Below are positions 29,104-40,731 of a stretch of 64,000 nucleotides of DNA, in pieces. The position numbers and the translations under genes are program-made. The stretch is from Alphaproteobacteria bacterium (lineage in GTDB: Bacteria > Pseudomonadota > Alphaproteobacteria > UBA828): the NCBI GenBank assembly GCA_963667785.2, contig CAXXMU010000001.1:704001-768000 (forward strand), written 5' to 3'. Positions within the stretch are counted from its first letter, which is position 1. Every line of letters begins with the position of its first letter. The notes beneath the pieces are model-generated. The model worked only from the letters and a program-made list of their open reading frames with translations. It did not search any database and was not told the DNA's origin.

Positions 29104-29151
29104 GCCGTTCCGTCAGCCGACACCCACCCAAGGGAGAGTCCCAGCAGCGTC

Positions 29152-30231
29152 ATGGCCCGGCTCGAACTCAGGAACGCGAGCAAGTACTACGGCAAGACCG
29201 TCGCGGTGAGGAACATCGACCTCGTCGTCGAGGACAACGAGTTCTTCTGCATCTTCGGCCCGCCCAGCTCGGGCAAGACGACGATCCTGCGCCTCCTCCT
29301 CGGGCTGGTGGCGCCGGACGAGGGCGCGATCAGCATCGGCGGCGAGGCCGTCGGCGAGCAGGGGCCGAAGGAGCGCAACCTCGCTATGGTGTTCCAGAAC
29401 CTCGCGCTCTTTCCGCACATGACCGCAGGCCAGAACCTCGCCTTCCCCCTGGTCGAGCGCAAGCTGGAGAAGGCCGCGATCACCGCGCGGGTCGCCGAGG
29501 TGGCGGAGACGCTGCACATCACGCCGCTGCTCGACAAGATGCCGGCACACCTGAGCGGGGGCGAGCGCCAGCGCGTCGCCATCGGTCGGGCGCTGGTGCG
29601 GGACCCTGCGGCCTTCCTCATGGACGAGCCGATCGCCGCCCTCGACGCCAGGCTGCGCGAGGAGATGCGGGTCGAGCTCAAGCGGCTCCAGCGCGAGTTG
29701 CACCACACCATCGTCTACGTCACCCACGACCAGGAAGAGGCGATGTCGATCGCCGACCGCATCGCCGTGATGGAGGCCGGCGAGATCCGCCAGATCGGCA
29801 CGCCGGCCGAAATCTACAACCTGCCCAACAGCCGCTACGTCGCCGAGCTGATCGGCGCCCCGCCCATGAACTTCGTCGACGGCACGCTGGCCGACGGCGG
29901 CCGCTTCGAAGGGCGCGACGTGCCGCTCTCGGTCGCGCTGGAAGGCGCGGACGGGGCCGGGCCGGCGGCGCTCGCGGTGCGGCCCGAGGATATCGGCATC
30001 GACTCCGCCGGGTCCGGCAACGGCGCTGGCGTCGATGCGGAGATCTTCGAGGTCGAGCCGCTCGGCGCATTCACCATCGTCGACGTCAGCGTAGGCGAGC
30101 GAATCCTCAAGGTGCAGGCGCCGGGGCAGCCGCGGTTCACCCTCGGTGAGCAGGTGCGGCTCGCGCTCGATCCCGATCGCTGCCACCTGTTCCACGGCGA
30201 GACCGGCGATCTGATCCGCTCCGCCCGCTGA
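29152..30231 (+). CDS. MalK-type ABC ATP-binding protein
   Basis: GPPSSGKTT, LSGGERQR, MDEPIAALD, YVTHDQ. Confidence 0.9.
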   Translation: MARLELRNASKYYGKTVAVRNIDLVVEDNEFFCIFGPPSSGKTTILRLLLGLVAPDEGAISIGGEAVGEQGPKERNLAMVFQNLALFPHMTAGQNLAFPLVERKLEKAAITARVAEVAETLHITPLLDKMPAHLSGGERQRVAIGRALVRDPAAFLMDEPIAALDARLREEMRVELKRLQRELHHTIVYVTHDQEEAMSIADRIAVMEAGEIRQIGTPAEIYNLPNSRYVAELIGAPPMNFVDGTLADGGRFEGRDVPLSVALEGADGAGPAALAVRPEDIGIDSAGSGNGAGVDAEIFEVEPLGAFTIVDVSVGERILKVQAPGQPRFTLGEQVRLALDPDRCHLFHGETGDLIRSAR

Positions 30232-30264
30232 GGCGAGCGTTGCCGTCGCAGAGCCTTTCGCGCT

Positions 30265-30295
30265 AGGGTAGAAGACCACAGTGAACTTCTACCCT
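30265..30295. promoter_or_regulatory. Inverted-repeat operator upstream of vapBC
   Basis: Perfect 10-bp IR AGGGTAGAAG-N11-CTTCTACCCT ending 13 nt before the ATG. Confidence 0.55.
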
Positions 30296-30307
30296 TGGGG
30301 GGCGGCG

Positions 30308-30565
30308 ATGGGCCTCAACATCAAGAACGACGAGACCTGCCGGCTCGCCCGTGAACTTGCGCAGCTCACCGGCGAGAGCATGACCGGCGCGATCACGGTC
30401 GCGCTCCGAGAGCGGCTGGAGCGCGAGCAGAAGCGACGCGACGCTGCTGCCTTGCTACGAGACATGCGCGCCATTTCGAAGCGCTGCGCGGCACGGCTGG
30501 GTCCGGGGCCCTCGGCGGTGGAGCACGGCGACTTTCTCTACGACGAGCGGGGCCTGCCCAAGTGA
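30308..30565 (+). CDS. vapB: VapB antitoxin (Rv0623-like)
   Basis: MGLNIKNDETCRLARELAQLTGESMTGAI..ALRERL...LYDERGLPK. Confidence 0.88.
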   Translation: MGLNIKNDETCRLARELAQLTGESMTGAITVALRERLEREQKRRDAAALLRDMRAISKRCAARLGPGPSAVEHGDFLYDERGLPK

Positions 30566-30948
30566 TCGTCGACAGCTCGGCTATTCTCGCCATCTTGCTC
30601 CGAGAATCGGATGCCCGACGCTTTGAGGATGCGATCGCCGACGCGTGGCCCCGCCGCATGTCGACGGCCGGGTTGCTCGAGGCGGCGATGGTTGTGGAGG
30701 GTCGAGGCGGAGCTGGGGCAGGAGACGATCTGGATGCCCTGCTGAGGAGAGCCCAGGTCCAACTGGTGTCCGTCACGCCGGAACAGGCGTACGCCGCCCG
30801 CCAGGCTTGGCGGCGCTTCGGCAAGGGCAACCATCCGGCGGCGCTGAACTTCGGCGACTGCTTCGCCTACGCGCTTGCCGCCACGACTGGCGAGCCGCTG
30901 CTCTTCAAGGGCGAGGACTTCGCGCTGGCCGACATCGAGGCGGCATAG
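30562..30948 (+). CDS. vapC: VapC PIN-domain toxin
   Basis: MIVDSSAILAIL, GKGNHPAALNFGDCFAYALA, LLFKGEDF. Confidence 0.92.
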   Translation: MIVDSSAILAILLRESDARRFEDAIADAWPRRMSTAGLLEAAMVVEGRGGAGAGDDLDALLRRAQVQLVSVTPEQAYAARQAWRRFGKGNHPAALNFGDCFAYALAATTGEPLLFKGEDFALADIEAA

Positions 30949-31089
30949 GCGATACGCCGCACTGCACGTAGCCGCCCCGTTCCATCGCCTCGCGCGGTTG
31001 CTCGACCAACTTCTTGATCCGTTGTCTATACAAATGGTATACAGTCGACCGCGCAGTGGGCGCCGGCCGTCTGTTTGCAGGAGTGTGGC

Positions 31090-31347
31090 ATGTCGCAGGT
31101 TAACTTTCGTCTGTCGGAGGAGCGTCTGGCGCTGATCGACCGGGCGGCGGCGAGCCGCGGGGTGACCCGTACGGAGTTCGTGCTCCGCTCGAGCGAGGCC
31201 GCGGCCATCGAGGCACTGAGCGAGTGGCCCGTCGTCGCGCTCGACGACGAGGCGTATGACGCCTTCGTCGCCGCGCTCGACGCGGCGGTGACACCCGATG
31301 CGGGCACGAAGGAGCGTTTCGCGCGCCGTCCGTTGTGGGATCGGTAA
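31090..31347 (+). CDS. DUF1778 antitoxin (TacA/AtaR-like)
   Basis: VNFRLS..LIDRAAA..GVTRTEFV...LDDEAYDAFVAALD. Confidence 0.85.
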   Translation: MSQVNFRLSEERLALIDRAAASRGVTRTEFVLRSSEAAAIEALSEWPVVALDDEAYDAFVAALDAAVTPDAGTKERFARRPLWDR

Positions 31348-31838
31348 CGCCGCCCGAGCCGCTCGGCGAACAGCACGACACCTCGCAATTCGATTCTGGC
31401 GTTTCCGGCCTCGACGCGTGGTTGCGGAACAAGGCCCGGTTGAACGAGGCCAGGGGAGGCGCGCGGACCTACGTGGTCTGCGATGGCGATCAGGTGATCG
31501 GGTTCTACAGCCTCGCCGCAAGCGCGGTGGAGAGGCGGCGACTCTCGTCGCGCGTGGGCAGGAACATGCCGGAGCCGGTCCCGGTCATCCTGCTGGGGCA
31601 GCTCGCGGTGGATTCACGCCACCGGGGCCGGGGCCTGGGATCGGACCTGCTGGTCGACGCGGCTCGACGCTCGCTGGCGGCGGCCGACGTGATCGGCGCG
31701 CGGGCGATCATCGTGCATGCGCTCGACGAGCGCGCCAAGGCATTCTACGGGCGGTTCGGGTTCCGTCCGTTCTCGGATCGCGAACCGCTCATGCTGATCC
31801 TGCGAATATCGGAGCTCAAGGCGCTGCTTCAGCCCTGA
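31335..31838 (+). CDS. GNAT acetyltransferase toxin (TacT/AtaT-like)
   Basis: FDSGV..LDAWL, VIGFYSLAA, PVPVILLGQLAVD..RGRGLG..LL, VHAL..A..FY..FGF. Confidence 0.88.
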   Translation: MGSVTPPEPLGEQHDTSQFDSGVSGLDAWLRNKARLNEARGGARTYVVCDGDQVIGFYSLAASAVERRRLSSRVGRNMPEPVPVILLGQLAVDSRHRGRGLGSDLLVDAARRSLAAADVIGARAIIVHALDERAKAFYGRFGFRPFSDREPLMLILRISELKALLQP

Positions 31839-31868
31839 CGTAACGGCCCGAACAGGGGCCGCACGCAC

Positions 31869-32753
31869 CTACATCTTCTGCAGCAGGTGGATCAGGCTGG
31901 AGGTATCCCAGCGGTTGCCGCCGCGCTGCTGGACGTGGGCGTAGAACTGGTCGACCAGCATCGACATCGGCAGGAGCGCGCCGTTCTTCTTGCCTTCCTC
32001 GAAACACAGGCTCAGGTCCTTGCGCATCCAGTCGACCGCGAAGCCGAACTCGAACTCGCCGCTCAGCATGGTCGAGCCGCGGTTCTCCATCTGCCACGAC
32101 TGGGCCGCGCCCTTCGAGATGACCTCGAGCACGGTCTCGCCGTCGAGCCCCGCCCGCTGGGCGAAGTTGAGCGCCTCGGCGAGGCCCTGGACGACGCCCG
32201 CGATGCAGATCTGGTTGACCATCTTGGTGAGCTGGCCGTTCCCCGCCGGCCCCATGTGGGTGACGTTGCGCGCAAACGCGTCGATGACCGGCCGGGCGCG
32301 GCTGAAGTCCGCCTCGTCGCCGCCCACCATCACGGTCAGCACGCCGTTCTCGGCGCCGGCCTGCCCGCCGGAGACCGGCGCGTCGAGGAAGCCCACGCCA
32401 CGCTCCTTCGCGGCGGCATGGACTTCGCGCGCGACGACGGCGGAATCGGTCGTGTGGTCGATGAAGATGGCGTCCTCCGCCATGCCGGCGAGCGCGCCGT
32501 CGTCGCCATAGACCACCGCGCGCAGGTCGTCGTCGGCGCCGACGCAGGCGAACACCATCTCCGCGCCCTGCGCGGCTGCGGCGGGCGTCGTGGCGGCACG
32601 GCCCCCGTGGGTTTCGGTCCACTGCGCGGCCTTGGCTGCGGTACGGTTGTAGACGGTGACCTCGTGCCCCGCCTTGGCGAGATGCCCCGCCATGGGAAAC
32701 CCCATCACGCCGAGCCCGAGAAACGCCACCCTGGTGCCGCCGCCATCGACCAT
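31869..32753 (-). CDS. 3-hydroxyisobutyrate dehydrogenase-family NAD(P) oxidoreductase
   Basis: FLGLGVMGFPMA, LDAPVSGGQAGA, TKMVNQI, FAVDWMRKDL. Confidence 0.9.
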   Translation of the reverse strand: MVDGGGTRVAFLGLGVMGFPMAGHLAKAGHEVTVYNRTAAKAAQWTETHGGRAATTPAAAAQGAEMVFACVGADDDLRAVVYGDDGALAGMAEDAIFIDHTTDSAVVAREVHAAAKERGVGFLDAPVSGGQAGAENGVLTVMVGGDEADFSRARPVIDAFARNVTHMGPAGNGQLTKMVNQICIAGVVQGLAEALNFAQRAGLDGETVLEVISKGAAQSWQMENRGSTMLSGEFEFGFAVDWMRKDLSLCFEEGKKNGALLPMSMLVDQFYAHVQQRGGNRWDTSSLIHLLQKM

Positions 32754-32845
32754 GTCGCTTCCCTCCCCGCCGGGTTCCTGCGCCGAAGCGCGGCATCCTA
32801 ACTAGGGTGTAGGGGGCGGGCAACGACGGCTCCGGCTCCCCGTCG

Positions 32846-32859
32846 TTGACGCAGATCAA
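32846..32859. promoter_or_regulatory. FNR/NnrR/DNR-type box upstream of nosR
   Basis: TTGAC-GCAG-ATCAA versus consensus TTGAT-N4-ATCAA, ~95 nt before the nosR start. Confidence 0.78.
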
Positions 32860-32951
32860 GGCGCCGGCGCATGCCCCGTTCAGACTGAGGACGTTCGACT
32901 TCGTCGGCGTATTGGAGAGGCAAATGGCCCGCTCGCCATGACGCGTGTGCC

Positions 32952-35219
32952 ATGACAATGGCTGCCCCTTCCGGTGCCGGGCACCGAAGCGTGGCGTCGC
33001 GCGCGGCGCGCATCGCGGCCGCCGTCACGGCGCCCCTGCTCGTCGTGCTGCTGCTGGTCGCCGCCGCGCCTGAGGCCCGTGCCGCCGTCGATCTGGCCGG
33101 GGCGCTCACCACGGTGGAGCCCGGAGACCTGGTGCCGGGCGCCGACCGCTTCGGCCCGGTCGAGGGCAGCCCGCCGCGCGCCCCGGCGCTCGCAGGGTCG
33201 ACCACGCTCGGCCACGTCTTCCTCAACACCGATGTCGCGGGCGCCGTGGGCTACTCGGGCAAGCCCATCCACCTCCTCATCGGGCTCGGAGCCAACGGCA
33301 CCATCACCGGCGCCACGCTCCACGAGCACCACGAGCCCATCGTCCTCATCGGGATTCCCGAGCGGAAGGTGGAGAGCTTCATTGCCGGCTATGTCGGGCG
33401 CAACGTCCGCGAGTTCCTGGAGGAACGCGACGCCGGCGACCGCTCCCTCGACATCATCGCCGGCGCGACGGTCACCATCATGGTGATCGACGACGCCATC
33501 CGCCGCTCCGCCGTGAGGATGGCGCGGGCGCTCGGCCTCGCCGGGCTCGGCGCGGCGCCGGCGGCCGCGGCGCAGAGCCGGGGCGAGATCGACGCCGCTC
33601 AGCAGGGCACGGACGACTGGATGACCCTGATCGGCGACGGCTCGGTGCGCCGGCTCAGCCTCAGCGTCGGCGAGGTGACGGCCGACTTCGCGGCCGCGGG
33701 CAAGGAGAAGGCGGCGGCGAGGCCCGAGAGCGACGACCCGGAGGCCCGCTTCATCGACCTCTACGCGGGCCTCGTCAGCGCGCCCGTCATCGGCCGCAGC
33801 CTGCTCGGCGAGGCCGAGTACGAGAACCTGCGCGCGAGGCTCGAGCCCGGCCAGCAGGCGCTGCTGATCGCCGCGAACGGCCTCTATTCCTTCAAGGGAT
33901 CGGGCTTCGTCCGGGGCGGCATCTTCGATCGCATCCAGCTCGCCCAGGGCGAGGGCAGCATCCGCTTCCGCGACCGCAACTACAAGCATCTGGGCGAGGT
34001 CGCCGCCGACCTCGCGCAGCCCTTCGCCGAGGTCGGGCTCTTCGCGGTGCCGGCCGACGCCGGGTTCGATCCGGCCGCGCCGTGGACGCTCCAGCTCCTG
34101 GTGCAGCGCGCCATCGGCGCGCTCGACAAGGATTTCTTGCTCTACGAGCTCTCCTACACCCTGCCCGAGCGCTATCTGATACCCCCGCCGGCGCCGGCGG
34201 TCGCGACCGGGCCGGTGGCTGAGACCGGCGCGCTTCTGGCCGGGCCGGACGGCGAGAGCGCGCTCTGGCAGCGCATCTGGGAGGACCGGGTCGTCGACGT
34301 GGCCGTACTGGGCGCGGCGCTGATCGTGCTTACGCTGATCTTCTTCTTCCAGGACTGGTTCGCGCGCCGGCCGAGGCTCGCCACCGGCGTGCGGCTGGGC
34401 TTCCTGCTCTTCATCGTCGTCTGGCTGGGCGGCTTCGCCCAGGCCCAGCTCTCCGTGGTCAACATCCTCACCTTCGGCAGCGCGCTGATCACCGAGTTCC
34501 GCTGGAGCTACTTCCTGATGGACCCGCTGATCTTCCTGCTATGGTGCGGCACCGCGCTCGCGCTGATCTTCTGGGGCCGGGGGGTCTTCTGCGGCTGGCT
34601 CTGCCCCTTCGGCGCGCTGCAGGAGCTTCTCAACAAGGCAGCAAGGCTCGCGCGCGTGCCGCAGCTCACCCTGCCCTGGGGGCTCCACGAGCGGATGTGG
34701 CCGGTCAAGTACGTGATCTTCATCGGCATATTCGGGGTCGCGCTGCACGATCTCGCGCTCGCCGAGCAACTGGCCGAGGTCGAGCCCTTCAAGACCACGG
34801 TGATCCTGCGCTTCGCCCACGACTGGCCCTTCGTGGCCTGGGCCGGCGTGCTGCTGGGCGCCGGGCTCTTCGTCGAGCGCTTCTTCTGCCGCTATCTCTG
34901 CCCGCTGGGGGCGGCGCTCGCGATCCCCGGCAAGATCAGGATCATGGAGTGGCTGCGCCGCCACAAGGAATGCGGCGCGCCCTGCCATCGCTGCGCCCAG
35001 GAATGCATGGTGCAGGCGATCCATCCCGACGGGCACATCAATCCGAACGAGTGCCTCTACTGCCTGCACTGCCAGCAGGTCTATCACGACGAGCACCGCT
35101 GCCCGCCGATGATCCAGCGCCGCCTCAGGCGCGAGCGGCGGCGCGCGCGTGCGTCCGCGCACATCACCGTTCCGCCCGCGGCACCTGCGGGTCCAACCGG
35201 CACCACAACCAGTCCCTGA
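32952..35219 (+). CDS. nosR: NosR flavin/Fe-S membrane protein
   Basis: [16 protein letters not shown] (FMN-attachment motif), [18 protein letters not shown]-terminal Fe-S cysteine clusters. Confidence 0.95.
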   Translation: MTMAAPSGAGHRSVASRAARIAAAVTAPLLVVLLLVAAAPEARAAVDLAGALTTVEPGDLVPGADRFGPVEGSPPRAPALAGSTTLGHVFLNTDVAGAVGYSGKPIHLLIGLGANGTITGATLHEHHEPIVLIGIPERKVESFIAGYVGRNVREFLEERDAGDRSLDIIAGATVTIMVIDDAIRRSAVRMARALGLAGLGAAPAAAAQSRGEIDAAQQGTDDWMTLIGDGSVRRLSLSVGEVTADFAAAGKEKAAARPESDDPEARFIDLYAGLVSAPVIGRSLLGEAEYENLRARLEPGQQALLIAANGLYSFKGSGFVRGGIFDRIQLAQGEGSIRFRDRNYKHLGEVAADLAQPFAEVGLFAVPADAGFDPAAPWTLQLLVQRAIGALDKDFLLYELSYTLPERYLIPPPAPAVATGPVAETGALLAGPDGESALWQRIWEDRVVDVAVLGAALIVLTLIFFFQDWFARRPRLATGVRLGFLLFIVVWLGGFAQAQLSVVNILTFGSALITEFRWSYFLMDPLIFLLWCGTALALIFWGRGVFCGWLCPFGALQELLNKAARLARVPQLTLPWGLHERMWPVKYVIFIGIFGVALHDLALAEQLAEVEPFKTTVILRFAHDWPFVAWAGVLLGAGLFVERFFCRYLCPLGAALAIPGKIRIMEWLRRHKECGAPCHRCAQECMVQAIHPDGHINPNECLYCLHCQQVYHDEHRCPPMIQRRLRRERRRARASAHITVPPAAPAGPTGTTTSP

Positions 35220-35242
35220 TGCCAAGCAGAGAGGAGAGATCC

Positions 35243-37168
35243 ATGCCGAAGAGGAAGTCACCGGAGCAGGGCGGCCTGACCCGCCGCGAGCTGATCGGCA
35301 CCACGGCCAAGGTCGCCACCGTCGGCGGCGTGGTCGCCGCCGGAGTCGCGGGCGTGACCCCCGCCGACCCGCCGCGTAAGGCGCGCGCGGCCAGCGATTC
35401 GGGCGCGGGCACGGTGGGGCCGGGCCAGCTCGACGAGTATTACGGCTTCTGGTCGTCCGGCCAGTCCGGCGAGGTGCGCGTCTTCGGCGTCCCCTCCATG
35501 CGCGAGCTCCTCCGCATCCCGGTCTTCAACCGCTGCAGCGCCACCGGCTGGGGGCTCACCAACGAGAGCCGCAAGATCATGACCGAGAATCTCCTGCCCG
35601 AGACCAAGGCGTTTCTCGCATCCCGCGGCGGCATCTACACCAACGGCGATGCGCACCACCCGCACATGTCGTTCACCGACGGCACCTATGACGGGCGCTA
35701 CGTCTGGATCAACGACAAGGCGAACACGCGGGTCGCCCGCATCCGCTGCGACGTGATGAGGGTCGACAAGATCGTGGAGATCCCGAACGCCAACGACATT
35801 CACGGCCTGCGGCCCCAGAAATATCCGCGCACCGGCTACGTCTTCTGCAACGGCGAGCACGAGATTCCGCTGCCCAACGACGGCTCGGTGCTCGACGACC
35901 CGTCGCAGTACATCGCGATCTTCACCGCGCTCGACGGCGACACCATGGAGGTGGCCTGGCAGGTAATCGTCGACGGCAACCTCGACAATGTCGACGCCGA
36001 CTACCAGGGCAAGTACGCCGTCTCCACCTGCTACAACTCCGAGATGGGCATGAACCTGGAGGAGATGACCGCTGCCGAGCAGGACTGGGCCGTCGTCTTC
36101 AACATCGCCCGCATCGAGCAGGGGGTGAAGGACGGCGACTACACCGTTCACCAGGGGGTCAAGGTGCTGGACGGCCGCAAGGGCTCGCCCTACACCCGCT
36201 ACATCCCGATCTCCACAAGCCCGCACGGCGTCAACACCGCGCCCGACGGCCACCACATCGTCATCAACGGCAAGCTGTCGCCGACCGTCTCGGTCATCGA
36301 CGTGCGCCGGCTCGACGACCTGTTCGACGACAAGATCGCGCCGCGCGACGTGATCGTCGCCGAGCCCGAGCTGGGTCTCGGCCCGCTGCATACCGCCTTC
36401 GACGGGCGCGGCAACTGCTTCACCACGATCTTTCTCGACAGCCAGGTCTGCAAGTGGAACATGGAGGCCGCCATTCGCCAGTACAACGGCGAGGAGGTCG
36501 ACCCGATCCTCGAGAAGATCGACGTCCACTACCAGCCGGGCCACAACCACACCTCCATGGGAGAGACCAAGGAGGCTGACGGCAAGTGGCTGGTCTCGCT
36601 CAACAAGTTCTCGAAGGACCGGTTCATCAACGTGGGCCCGCTCAAGCCCGAATGCGAGCAGCTCATCGACATCTCGGGCGACAGCATGCAGCTCGTGCAC
36701 GACGGCCCCACCTTCTCGGAGCCCCACGACTGCATCATCGTGCACCGCAGCAAGATGAACCCGAACCAGATCTGGGACCGCGAGGACCCGACCTGGGAGG
36801 AGGCGCGCCAGTGGGCGGCGAAGGACGGCGTCGACCTCGACTGGGGCGAGGACGTGATCCGCGACGGCAACAAGGTGCGGGTCTATATGTACTCGGTCGC
36901 GCCCGCGTTCAGCCTTGAGAAGTTCGAGGTGAACGAGGGCGACGAGGTCACGGTCTTCATCACCAACCAGGACGACGTCGACGACCTCACCCACGGCTGG
37001 AGCCTCTCCAACTACGGGGTGGCCATGGAGGTGCCGCCGCAGGCGACCGCGTCGGTGACGTTCACCGCCGACCGGCCGGGCGTCCACTGGTTCTATTGTC
37101 AGTGGTTCTGTCACGCGCTCCACATGGAGATGCGGGGGCGCATGTTCGTGAAGCCCAAGACCGCCTGA
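35243..37168 (+). CDS. nosZ: Nitrous-oxide reductase, clade I (Tat-exported)
   Basis: Tat motif TRRELIG; CuZ motifs DAHHPH, IHG, PHG, GPLH, EPH; CuA motif [12 protein letters not shown]. Confidence 0.97.
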   Translation: MPKRKSPEQGGLTRRELIGTTAKVATVGGVVAAGVAGVTPADPPRKARAASDSGAGTVGPGQLDEYYGFWSSGQSGEVRVFGVPSMRELLRIPVFNRCSATGWGLTNESRKIMTENLLPETKAFLASRGGIYTNGDAHHPHMSFTDGTYDGRYVWINDKANTRVARIRCDVMRVDKIVEIPNANDIHGLRPQKYPRTGYVFCNGEHEIPLPNDGSVLDDPSQYIAIFTALDGDTMEVAWQVIVDGNLDNVDADYQGKYAVSTCYNSEMGMNLEEMTAAEQDWAVVFNIARIEQGVKDGDYTVHQGVKVLDGRKGSPYTRYIPISTSPHGVNTAPDGHHIVINGKLSPTVSVIDVRRLDDLFDDKIAPRDVIVAEPELGLGPLHTAFDGRGNCFTTIFLDSQVCKWNMEAAIRQYNGEEVDPILEKIDVHYQPGHNHTSMGETKEADGKWLVSLNKFSKDRFINVGPLKPECEQLIDISGDSMQLVHDGPTFSEPHDCIIVHRSKMNPNQIWDREDPTWEEARQWAAKDGVDLDWGEDVIRDGNKVRVYMYSVAPAFSLEKFEVNEGDEVTVFITNQDDVDDLTHGWSLSNYGVAMEVPPQATASVTFTADRPGVHWFYCQWFCHALHMEMRGRMFVKPKTA

Positions 37169-38435
37169 TGCGCCTGCGGCTCGCGGTGCCGGTCCTCTGC
37201 GCGGCGGCGCTCCTGCTCGCCGCCCAAGGGGGGCCGCGCGCCGCGCCCGCGGCGGTCACGGAGGTCGCACCCGGCCCCGGCACGCTGCGGGCCGCGCTCG
37301 ATGCCGCCGCGCCCGGCGCGGTTCTGCGGCTTGCCGCGGGCGTCTATCCGGGGCCGATCACCATCGACCGCCCGCTCACCCTCGAAGGCGCGCCCGGCGC
37401 CGTCCTCGACGGGGGCGGGCGGGGCCGGGTGCTCAGCATTGCCGCGCCGGACGTGACGGTGCGCGGGCTCACCGTCCGCAACTCGGGCCTCAGCCTCGCC
37501 GAGACCGACGCCGGAATCTTCCTCGACAAGGCCGCCTCGGGCGCGCTGGTCGAGGGCAACCGGGTGGAGAACAACCTCTTCGGCATCTACCTGCACGGCG
37601 CCAGGAACGCGCTCGTGCAGGGCAACGATGTCATCGGCAACCGCGACCTGCGCATGAGCGAGCGCGGCAACGGCATTCACCTCTGGGCGGCCAGAGGGTC
37701 GGTGGTGGACGGCAACCGGGTCCGCTACGGGCGGGACGGCATCTTCGTCACCACCAGCCGCAAGAACGCCTTTCGCAACAACGAGTTCCGGGACCTGCGC
37801 TTCGCCATTCACTACATGTACACCCACGACAGCGAGGTCAGCGGCAACGACTCGCGGAACAATCACGTGGGCTATGCCCTGATGTACTCGGACCGGCTGC
37901 GCGTGTTCGGCAACCGCTCCGAGGGCGACCGGGACCACGGCTTCCTCTTCAACTTCGCCAACAAGTCGCGGATCGAGGGCAATCTCGTGCGCGCCGGCCG
38001 CACCAAGTGCGTCTTCCTCTACAACGCGAACCGCAACAGGATCGGCGGCAACCTGTTCGAGGGCTGCGCCATCGGCATCCACTTCACCGCCGGCTCCGAG
38101 GGCAATCTCATCGCCGGCAACGGCTTCGTCGGCAACGCGACGCAGGTGAAGTATGTCGGCACGCGCAACGTCGAATGGTCCGCGGACGGCGTCGGCAACT
38201 ACTGGAGTGACAATCCCGCCTTCGACCTCGACGGCGACGGCATCGCCGACGCGCCCTACAGGCCCAACGACCTCGTCGATCAGGTGGTCTGGCGCCATCC
38301 GCTGGCCAAGCTGCTGCTGACCAGCCCGTCGGTGCGCATCCTGCGCTGGGCGCATGACCGCTTCCCCTCGCTCTATCCGGGCGGCGTGGTCGATTCCGCG
38401 CCGCTCATGCGCCCGCCCCGGCCGGAGGCCGGCTG

Positions 38436-38436
<1 letters not shown>
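37168..38436 (+). CDS. nosD: NosD maturation protein
   Basis: SERGNGIHLW, LRFAIHYMY, GNYWSD, DGIADAPYRPND. Confidence 0.95.
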
Positions 38437-39358
<922 letters not shown>

Positions 39359-39362
<4 letters not shown>

Positions 39363-40186
39363 GCGCGGTCGCCGTCATCGCCGGCCGCGAGGTGCTGGCG
39401 GGCGTGCGCAACAGGTGGATGCTCGCGGCTACGCTGCTGCTCGGCGCGCTCGCGCTGACGCTCGCCTTCGTCGGCTCGAGCCCGGTCGGCGCGGTCGACG
39501 CGACGCGTCTCTCGATCACCGTGGTGAGCCTGTCGAGCCTGTCGGCCTTCCTGGTGCCGCTGATCGGCCTGCTGGTGAGCTACGACGCCCTGGTCGGCGA
39601 GATCGAGCGCGGCACCATGCCGCTCCTGATGACCTGCCCGGTCACCCGCTGGCGCATCGTGCTCGGCAAATTCGCGGGCCAGGTCGCGATCCTCGTCGTC
39701 GCCACGGTTGCGGGCTTCGGCATCGCCGCGCTCGCGACCGGCCTCGGCGACGGCAGCGATGCCGATGCCTGGGGCGCCTTCGGGATCATGGTCGGCGGCT
39801 CCATCCTGCTGGGCGCGGCCTTCATCGCGCTCGGCACGCTCTTCAGCGCAGTGGTGGCGGAGCGCGGCACCGCCGCGGGAGTCTCGGTCGCGGCATGGCT
39901 GGTCTTCGTCGTGCTCTTCGACATGGCGCTGCTCGCGATCCTGGTCGCCGACGAGGGGCAGGCGGTCTCGGGCGAGCTCTTCCGGGTGCTCCTCCTGCTC
40001 AATCCCACCGATGTCTACCGCATGCTGACGCTCGCCGGCTCCGAGACCGTGGGCGCGCTCTCCGGCATGGCGGGCGTGAGCGCGGAGGCCGCCTTCGGGC
40101 CCGCGCTCCTGGTGTCGGTGATGCTGCTCTGGATCGCGGTGCCGCTCGGCCTCGCGGGCCTTCTCTTCGGGAGGAAGGAGCTGTGA
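39359..40186 (+). CDS. nosY: NosY ABC permease
   Basis: RNRW, YDALVGEIERGT..LL, LLLNPTDVYR. Confidence 0.92.
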
Positions 40187-40731
40187 GGCGCCTCTGCGTC
40201 CTGCTGGCGGCGGGCCTGCTCGCGCTGGTCGTGAACGCCGGCTGCGATGGAGAGGAAGAGGTGGCGGCCAGGCCGCCGCCCGTGGAGCCGACCCGCGATG
40301 CCTCGGGCCACTATTGCGGCATGATCCTGGTCGATCACAAGGGGCCCAAGGCCCAGATCCACCTCCCCGACGAGGCCGAGCCGGTGTGGTTCTCCTCGGT
40401 GCGCGACGCCATCGCCTACACCATGCTGCCCGAGGAGCCCCGAAACATCGCCGCCATGTACGTGAACGACATGGGCGCCGCCCGGTGGGATGCGCCCGAG
40501 CCCGGCACCTGGATCGACGCCGACGGCGCTTGGTACGTGATCGGCAGCGACCGTCTCGGCGGCATGGGGGTGGCCGAGGCGGTGCCCTTCGCGGCCCGCG
40601 CCGCCGCCCTGCAGTTCACGGAGGAGCATGGCGGGCGGATCGTCGCGCTCACGGACGTGCCGGAGGGCTACATCTTCGCCTATGCCGACGAGCCCGAGGG
40701 CGGGATGTCGATGCAGGAGGCCCAGCAATGA
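40183..40731 (+). CDS. nosL: NosL copper chaperone lipoprotein
   Basis: Lipobox NAGC; GHYCGM..HKGPKAQI; GGMG..EAVPF. Confidence 0.92.
   Translation: MRRLCVLLAAGLLALVVNAGCDGEEEVAARPPPVEPTRDASGHYCGMILVDHKGPKAQIHLPDEAEPVWFSSVRDAIAYTMLPEEPRNIAAMYVNDMGAARWDAPEPGTWIDADGAWYVIGSDRLGGMGVAEAVPFAARAAALQFTEEHGGRIVALTDVPEGYIFAYADEPEGGMSMQEAQQ

Noticed and set aside
34541-35242. N-terminal extension making NosZ 875 aa
   Set aside because: Overlaps nosR in another frame; RBS and Tat signal place the start at 35243.
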